From a virus, in UHGV virus genome UHGV-0247665: 25,422 nt of DNA; one strand, written 5' to 3'. Under the pieces are notes generated by a model. It did no database searches. It had not been told where the DNA came from and was given only the letters and a program-made list of their open reading frames with translations. This document shows, piece by piece, positions 1-4,566 of the stretch. How positions within the stretch are numbered: position 1 is the first letter of the stretch; every line of letters starts with the position of its first letter. A program made the translations under genes and the position numbers.

Positions 1-1443
1 TCCATCAAATGATGCATCTGAATACGTATATACTGATTCACTGCCAGCAATTTTAAACTGTTTAACTGAAGTTATTCTCATCGACTTTTTATGTTTAAAT
101 GTCACTGAGCTTTCAGTATTACTTACAAGATCAATCTGAGGGCTATTCCTTATCGCGATTCCTGACTGTACATAAACGTTATTAAAGTGCGTTTTTTCAG
201 GATTTCCCTTCATTGAAAGGCTCCCGTCATTTTCTGTCAGTAGTAGTCCTTTTACCCTCCAATAGCCGACAATCTGTACGTTATCAATAACTGAATCACA
301 GCTATCGTATACATGCAACCCTATATCCCAGTCATCACCCAATGAATAAGAATCAGGGTTATTGTATCCTTCAATACCATTTTTACTTACCATTATTCTC
401 AGGTTGCGTAACTGTGATGCCCTGTTGATACTAACAGCTACGCTCATGGCTTTTGGTGTAGCAGGAGTAACACCTACAGAATCTTCATTTGTAAACTCAG
501 TGAACTTACAAGATATCCCTTCAACAATTTTAACTGGTCTTTCATTAGAGATGTTAAAAAAATATTTGTTTTTTTCTCCATCACCAGTAAATACAAGATG
601 GGTTCCTTTACTCCAACTTTTTAATAATCTTTCAGGCGCTGGTCTATATGTATCCCAATAATCAATGCCATCACCAATTAAAGACACTCCAGGAGGCACA
701 TCTATGTTCTTAGAAATCATCCATTTACCTGCAGGTATTCTAACGACACTTGCACCAGAATTTATCGCATTAATTAACCATTCAGACGCATCAACTTCAA
801 AATTTAATGCAGCATATCTTTGCTCAAACGGAACAAAATCAAGAGCGTTAACGTTATCCCGCATCTTATCCTGGAACGTTCGGTATACTGCTCCAGAACC
901 ATACTGAATAAACCAACCAAAACCACCAACAACTCCGGCGATTGCAGCATCAACATAATTGCGCATTGATCGATTATTTACAGCATCCTGCTCAAGTGAT
1001 GGATCTGCAAGGTTAGAAATTTTGTTTTGCTTTGCATCGTAATATTTTGCAAGCAAAGATGGTTTCATCAATGCACGTCTGAACCATCCAAAACATTGCT
1101 GGATCAGCATCGTCAGATAGTCAAAGGCATCTTCATGCACCTCGGGGAAAAATTTTCCCTGATTACGAAGATCAGTCTCCTGCACCACATCAAGCACACG
1201 ATCTATCGTAATTCGCCATCCAGCAGCAAGCGGCGACGGAAGAACAACAGAACCGCCACTATAAGTGCCCGCCCCTGTTACCGTATAACCGGTATCCAGA
1301 ACCAATTCTGTTACGTTCCCGTTCAGGTCAGACACCTGAACAACCAGGTCGGATTTTTTGAAAATACGGAAGGTATACGGAAATGATGTCGTAGCTCCGT
1401 TACCTGTGTATTCGTTGTGGTCAACTTCGGTTGAGACCGTCAT
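1..1443 (-). CDS. Tailspike / tail fibre protein, N-terminal 481 codons (3' end lies beyond the window start)
   Basis: ATG at 1443 (minus) with GGAG 7 nt upstream. My own minus-strand translation is open from 1443 to position 1; it is absent from the ORF track only because no stop falls inside the window. N-terminus MTVSTEVDHNEYTGNGATTSFPYTFRIFKKSDLVVQV... has the architecture of the T7 gp17-type N-terminal tail-attachment domain. A later segment (ALDFVPFEQRYAALNFEVDASEWLINAINSGASVVRIPAGKW) resembles the start of beta-helix depolymerase domains. GC content drops 3' of roughly nt 900. Confidence 0.8.
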   Translation of the reverse strand, partial: MTVSTEVDHNEYTGNGATTSFPYTFRIFKKSDLVVQVSDLNGNVTELVLDTGYTVTGAGTYSGGSVVLPSPLAAGWRITIDRVLDVVQETDLRNQGKFFPEVHEDAFDYLTMLIQQCFGWFRRALMKPSLLAKYYDAKQNKISNLADPSLEQDAVNNRSMRNYVDAAIAGVVGGFGWFIQYGSGAVYRTFQDKMRDNVNALDFVPFEQRYAALNFEVDASEWLINAINSGASVVRIPAGKWMISKNIDVPPGVSLIGDGIDYWDTYRPAPERLLKSWSKGTHLVFTGDGEKNKYFFNISNERPVKIVEGISCKFTEFTNEDSVGVTPATPKAMSVAVSINRASQLRNLRIMVSKNGIEGYNNPDSYSLGDDWDIGLHVYDSCDSVIDNVQIVGYWRVKGLLLTENDGSLSMKGNPEKTHFNNVYVQSGIAIRNSPQIDLVSNTESSVTFKHKKSMRITSVKQFKIAGSESVYTYSDASFDG

Positions 1444-1547
1444 GTTAAATCTCCAGATAGTCGCAGCACCCGTTGCGCCGCATATCTGGTTATTCTATTA
1501 CCTGAAAAACCACATATGGATAGAAAGACTGTAAATACGAATAGATA

Positions 1548-1562
1548 TTACCTTTCGGGTAA
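1548..1562. promoter_or_regulatory. TTACC-N5-GGTAA palindromic motif copy (ATTACC-tttcg-GGTAAT)
   Basis: In the divergent intergenic region between the tailspike start (1443) and the LexA box/85-aa gene; followed by TTGCAA. Confidence 0.5.
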
Positions 1563-1601
1563 TTTGCAAAACGTGCTGGATAGCAAACAAATTATTTGAT
1601 A

Positions 1602-1617
1602 CTGTATAAATATACAG
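1602..1617 (+). promoter_or_regulatory. LexA (SOS) box, CTGT-N8-ACAG
   Basis: 20-mer TACTGTATAAATATACAGTT (about 1600-1619) matches the E. coli LexA consensus TACTGTATATATATACAGTA at 18 of 20 positions with both CTGT and ACAG arms intact. It is preceded by TTGATA (1596-1601) and lies 21 nt upstream of the ATG at 1639. Confidence 0.75.
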
Positions 1618-1638
1618 TTATTACATGGAGAAGATAAG

Positions 1639-1896
1639 ATGCAGCAGTATCACTATCCACTGGAAGACGGATTTACCGAAAGGATTCACACGCCGGGAGG
1701 CGTCAGGTCACTGGTGGAGGGATCGCACTTGATGAAATTACTCCGGGATCTCGATAAGGATGGATTTAATGTCGATGGCCCACTTGCCGAACTGACTGCA
1801 CTGATTAACTACGTCACCAGCTCACAGATGTCTATGCAGGATCTACAAACACATCTCGACTATTGTGCCGAACAATTACGAAAACAAACCAGATAA
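1639..1896 (+). CDS. Small protein (85 aa) homologous to the C-terminal domain of the downstream antirepressor; candidate SOS-controlled antirepressor or modulator
   Basis: ORF track 1639..1896; GGAG at 1627-1630, 8 nt before the ATG. Its sequence (HTPGGVRSLVEGSHLMKLLRDLDKDGFNVDGPLAELT...DLQTHLDY) aligns with antirepressor residues HSPSGVLGLTENSLLMNLLNQLQEDGHDVSGAAAELT...DIQTHAEY at roughly 35-40% identity by eye. Confidence 0.7.
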   Translation: MQQYHYPLEDGFTERIHTPGGVRSLVEGSHLMKLLRDLDKDGFNVDGPLAELTALINYVTSSQMSMQDLQTHLDYCAEQLRKQTR

Positions 1897-1927
1897 GGTT
1901 TGCAATTACCAAATGGAGTGCTTATAT

Positions 1928-1942
1928 TTACCTTTGCGGTAA
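1928..1942. promoter_or_regulatory. TTACC-N5-GGTAA palindromic motif copy (TTTACC-tttgc-GGTAAA)
   Basis: Between the 85-aa ORF stop and the antirepressor leader; followed by TTTACA. Confidence 0.5.
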
Positions 1943-1977
1943 ATTTACATCGCACTCCTCTTGTGCCATAGTAATCG

Positions 1978-1999
1978 GGCACTGGCAAAATCCAGTGCC
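1978..1999 (+). other. Perfect 8-bp inverted repeat stem-loop (GGCACTGG-caaaat-CCAGTGCC) in the antirepressor leader
   Basis: Read directly from the sequence; no U-run follows, so it is not a classical terminator. Confidence 0.5.
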
Positions 2000-2035
2000 G
2001 GGATTGGCGTCACGAGTTACTACAGAGGCACATAT

Positions 2036-2055
2036 GCCGCATAAGCGGTTTTTTT
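2036..2055 (+). terminator. Weak intrinsic terminator-like hairpin (gCCGC-ataa-GCGGt followed by TTTTTTT)
   Basis: 4-5 bp stem followed by seven T residues, 140 nt downstream of the 85-aa ORF and about 150 nt upstream of the antirepressor start. Confidence 0.35.
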
Positions 2056-2208
2056 ATGTGTAAAGCGCACCTATTCTATGGTGGGCTGTGTGGGGGCACC
2101 GAAAGGTGCGCCGGGTCCTTTGTAGCCGGTTACGCCAACCCTGCACAGTTCACCACCAACCGATTGGCGTCGGTAGTGGTGATTAACCTAACTACAAAGG
2201 TGATCGCT

Positions 2209-2895
2209 ATGACTGCTAACGTAACCCCATCTGTTTTTCATTTTGAATCAGAAGCAACCATTCGAGCCATTGTTATTGATGGAAATCCTTGGTTTGTTGC
2301 CAAAGACGTTATTAAAGCTCTTCAACTGACAAACCCCACTATGTCAATAAAATCTCTTGATGATGATGAAAGGGCTAAATTTAACTTAGGCCGTCAAGGC
2401 GAAACCAATATTATCAACGAGTCAGGCCTCTACACACTGTTCCTCCGCTGCCGCGATGCGGTGACACCAGGCACTACCCCCTACCGCTTTCGTAAATGGG
2501 TTACAGGTGAGGTTCTTCCTCAGATCCGCCGCACCGGAAGCTACATTAAAAACTCGCTCCCGCAGGAAGAACGCATAAAGATGGTTGCCGACCAGGTAGC
2601 CAACGCCACGGCGTCAGCAGTAATGCAGGCGATGAAGATAGAGAACAAAACCTACAGCGCCCCGCTGAAGCCCGGCTACCGCAGTTTGATTCACTCGCCG
2701 TCTGGTGTTCTCGGCCTGACGGAGAACTCACTGCTGATGAATCTGCTGAACCAGTTACAGGAAGACGGGCACGACGTATCGGGCGCGGCGGCGGAACTGA
2801 CCACCATGTTCTGCTACATCGTCGGTGTGAGTAAATGCCTGCGTGATATCCAGACCCACGCGGAATACATCAACGACAAGGCAGGGGTCTTCTGA
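2209..2895 (+). CDS. Phage antirepressor with N-terminal Bro-N domain (228 aa from ATG 2209)
   Basis: In frame within ORF track 2056..2895. The ATG at 2209 is preceded by AAAGGTGA. N-terminus SVFHFESEATIRAIVIDGNPWFVAKDVIKAL...NIINESGLYTLFLRCRD...FRKWVTGEVLPQIRRTGSY matches the Bro-N consensus. The sequence upstream of 2209 within the tracked ORF is structured leader, not coding. Confidence 0.85.
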   Translation: MTANVTPSVFHFESEATIRAIVIDGNPWFVAKDVIKALQLTNPTMSIKSLDDDERAKFNLGRQGETNIINESGLYTLFLRCRDAVTPGTTPYRFRKWVTGEVLPQIRRTGSYIKNSLPQEERIKMVADQVANATASAVMQAMKIENKTYSAPLKPGYRSLIHSPSGVLGLTENSLLMNLLNQLQEDGHDVSGAAAELTTMFCYIVGVSKCLRDIQTHAEYINDKAGVF

Positions 2896-2904
2896 CAGAA
2901 CGGC

Positions 2905-2931
2905 GGCACAGGGATGTGCCTTTAAATAATT
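2905..2931 (+). terminator. Intrinsic terminator after the antirepressor gene (GGCACA-GGGA-TGTGCC then TTTAAATAATT)
   Basis: 6-bp GC-rich stem with a 4-nt loop and a T/A-rich tail, starting 10 nt after the stop at 2893-2895. Confidence 0.5.
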
Positions 2932-2961
2932 CTGTACAGATTGCAGGTGAATAGCGTACTA

Positions 2962-2976
2962 TTACCCCAAAGGTAA
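2962..2976. promoter_or_regulatory. TTACC-N5-GGTAA palindromic motif copy (ACTATTACC-ccaaa-GGTAAG)
   Basis: About 120 nt upstream of the two-gene cassette start; followed by TTGATT. Confidence 0.5.
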
Positions 2977-3093
2977 GAAAGTTGATTTGTAACATTTTAG
3001 TTTGTAGTTACCGTGATGGTTTTGCTGCAGAAAGTTAACTAGTCAAAATCACACCGTATGTAAGTCACGTCTGTTCCCGTATGGGAGGATGAT

Positions 3094-3312
3094 ATGTTTA
3101 AATTTGATATGCAACTCAACCAAAACTATGCCTCTTTTTACCATCCAGAAACTGGTAAAGCTGTTTTCGTTGACTCTTTCGATAATGAAGAATTTGATAT
3201 CAGAATTGGGACCCTACGCCAAAGTAAGCATGTTGCTACTGTACGTGCATCCAATGATGATGAATTAAATCAAAAAATAAGTGAGGCGACCTCCCGTTAT
3301 CTATGTCTATAA
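3094..3312 (+). CDS. Hypothetical protein (72 aa), first gene of an AT-rich two-gene cassette
   Basis: ORF track 3094..3312; strong SD GGGAGG 5 nt before the ATG. Local GC is well below the flanking phage DNA. No recognisable family. Confidence 0.6.
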   Translation: MFKFDMQLNQNYASFYHPETGKAVFVDSFDNEEFDIRIGTLRQSKHVATVRASNDDELNQKISEATSRYLCL

Positions 3313-3680
3313 CAGAACAACAACTCATTGATCTTGAGGATGAGATTAACGAGATCTTGCAAGAAGATGCGGCAAGAATTCACTTTTCATTTCACGCAGC
3401 ATATGAACGCCTGAACGACGAGAGGAACAAACCGCCAATTACTCTTGCTGAGCTTGAAGATGTGTTTAAATCGTTTATATCTGCACATCTGCAGACTGTT
3501 TTGGATTTTGCTGAAGGTACAACTTTCACCATAAAGTGCAACAAAAGCGCCCTTCATTTTCCTTGCGCCATTGTACACGAAAGAGAGTTTGGGAAAACGT
3601 GGGTTATCCAAAACGTCATTACAGCCATGAGGAAAGTGGGATTCAAGTCTAAAGATTCTATTATCCTCGAAGTTAATTAA
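3303..3680 (+). CDS. Hypothetical acidic protein (125 aa), second gene of the cassette, translationally coupled
   Basis: ORF track 3303..3680. Its ATG at 3303 overlaps the upstream stop at 3310-3312 (ATGTCTATAA) with no independent SD in range. Followed directly by a terminator. Confidence 0.65.
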   Translation: MSITEQQLIDLEDEINEILQEDAARIHFSFHAAYERLNDERNKPPITLAELEDVFKSFISAHLQTVLDFAEGTTFTIKCNKSALHFPCAIVHEREFGKTWVIQNVITAMRKVGFKSKDSIILEVN

Positions 3681-3701
3681 GCCCGCACTGAGGGCTTTTT
3701 T
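3679..3701 (+). terminator. Intrinsic terminator (AAGCCC-gcactga-GGGCTT then TTTT)
   Basis: 6-bp stem with a 7-nt loop and a U-run immediately after the TAA at 3678-3680. Confidence 0.6.
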
Positions 3702-3773
3702 ATGGACGAAACAAAAGTCAGTGCTACACTCATTGACGCCACATTGAGGTGGCTTATAGATGGAAATTTCACA

Positions 3774-3935
3774 ATGAAAAAAGCATTTGCTGCACTGTTC
3801 GTTTTGTTGTCTCTGGTAGCTTCAACTCAGGCCTTTGCCGGTCGTTGTCAGCACGACAGCGACACTGCTGCTGACGGCTCCCGCTGCGGTGGGCGTTCTG
3901 CGGATTCCCGCCCGGGTGGCGGTGGCATTCGTTAA
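3774..3935 (+). CDS. Small secreted protein (53 aa precursor; Sec-type signal peptide, about 31-aa Gly/Arg-rich mature part with two Cys)
   Basis: Internal ATG of ORF track 3702..3935. MKKAFAALFVLLSLVASTQAFA is a canonical signal peptide with an AxA cleavage motif; the mature part is GRCQHDSDTAADGSRCGGRSADSRPGGGGIR. Possible promoter TTGACG (3733-3738) and TATAGA (3755-3760). The SD is weak. Confidence 0.5.
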   Translation: MKKAFAALFVLLSLVASTQAFAGRCQHDSDTAADGSRCGGRSADSRPGGGGIR

Positions 3936-3958
3936 AAACAAGGCCGCGAAAGCGGCCT
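3931..3958 (-). terminator. Intrinsic terminator for the minus-strand lipoprotein gene (7-bp GC stem with GNRA-type loop, U-run on the minus strand)
   Basis: AGGCCGC-GAAA-GCGGCCT at 3941-3958. On the minus strand it is followed by TTGTTTTTAAC. It sits between the convergent genes ending at 3935 (+) and 3967 (-). Confidence 0.55.
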
Positions 3959-3970
3959 GTGACATGTCAC
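3959..3970. repeat. 12-bp perfect palindrome GTGACATGTCAC (copy 1)
   Basis: Exact match; contains the TGA stop of the lipoprotein gene. Confidence 0.6.
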
Positions 3971-4347
3971 GCAACGCAATTATTACCGCGCCATGTAACA
4001 TTTTTAATAATCTTATCAGCACCAAACTCAACGTAAACAGAGCAACTGAAATGGAGTGTATAACCGCCATCAGTTGTTGCGTATGTGTTTGAATATATAG
4101 TATTACCAATTAGATTAGACGTAGTATTATACGTTGTGGTTTGTGGTACGTTATAACTACCAGAGCTTGAGTAAACATACACTCTGTTTCCATCTGGAGA
4201 TGTAAGCTCTCCCTGAGGATACCCCCACTGCTGAACCATTGCGTCTATACTCTGCCCGCGCCACGTAAGCATATTTCTTTCAAACTGTGCAGCTGACTGG
4301 CATCCAACGAGAAGCATAAATCCAAAAATCAAAAATACTTTTCTCAT
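3967..4347 (-). CDS. Outer-membrane lipoprotein (126 aa); candidate lysogenic-conversion or superinfection-exclusion protein
   Basis: In frame within ORF track 3967..4383. The ATG at 4347 is preceded by GGGGG with a 5-nt spacer. N-terminus MRKVFLIFGFMLLVGCQSA carries a lipobox (LLVGC). The mature part is Ser/Thr/Asn/Tyr-rich. The stop codon lies inside the GTGACATGTCAC palindrome. Confidence 0.75.
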   Translation of the reverse strand: MRKVFLIFGFMLLVGCQSAAQFERNMLTWRGQSIDAMVQQWGYPQGELTSPDGNRVYVYSSSGSYNVPQTTTYNTTSNLIGNTIYSNTYATTDGGYTLHFSCSVYVEFGADKIIKNVTWRGNNCVA

Positions 4348-4432
4348 AATTACCCCTATCATGGAAAAACAGCACCAATCCACAAATTAACTAGTTATTT
4401 TATTATTCTTCCGAACAATACAATTCCGAATA

Positions 4433-4555
4433 CTACAAAGCCGAACCATGCCGCTGCACGCAACAGAGATTCCAATTGAAACCCATTTTTATCAAAATGT
4501 ATGAATAGCATAAAAACGCTGCACATATTAGTACAATAAAAGTTATTTGAACCAT
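4433..4555 (-). CDS. Small hydrophobic membrane peptide (about 40 aa), not in the ORF track
   Basis: Tandem ATGs at 4558 and 4555 (minus) lie 2 and 5 nt after the SD AAAGGAG, which itself directly follows the TAA of the 824-aa gene. Reading frame MMVQITFIVLICAAFLCYSYILIKMGFNWNLCCVQRHGSAL*. It is in a different frame from ORF-track entry 4395..4583, which lacks an SD. Confidence 0.45.
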   Translation of the reverse strand: MVQITFIVLICAAFLCYSYILIKMGFNWNLCCVQRHGSAL

Positions 4556-4566
4556 CATATCTCCTT

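Noticed and set aside
2056-2208. N-terminal 51-codon extension of the tracked ORF 2056..2895
   Set aside because: It runs through a terminator-like hairpin and GNRA hairpin, has no SD, and the Bro-N domain begins at the ATG at 2209, which has its own SD.
3959-3970. CRP-like site (TGTGA...TCACA) within the GTGACATGTCAC palindrome
   Set aside because: The spacing between half-sites is 4 bp rather than the 6 bp required for CRP.
3822-4109. Tracked ORFs 3822..4109 (-) and 3835..4092 (+)
   Set aside because: They overlap the better-supported secreted-peptide and lipoprotein genes and the convergent terminator; no SD; likely antisense artefacts.
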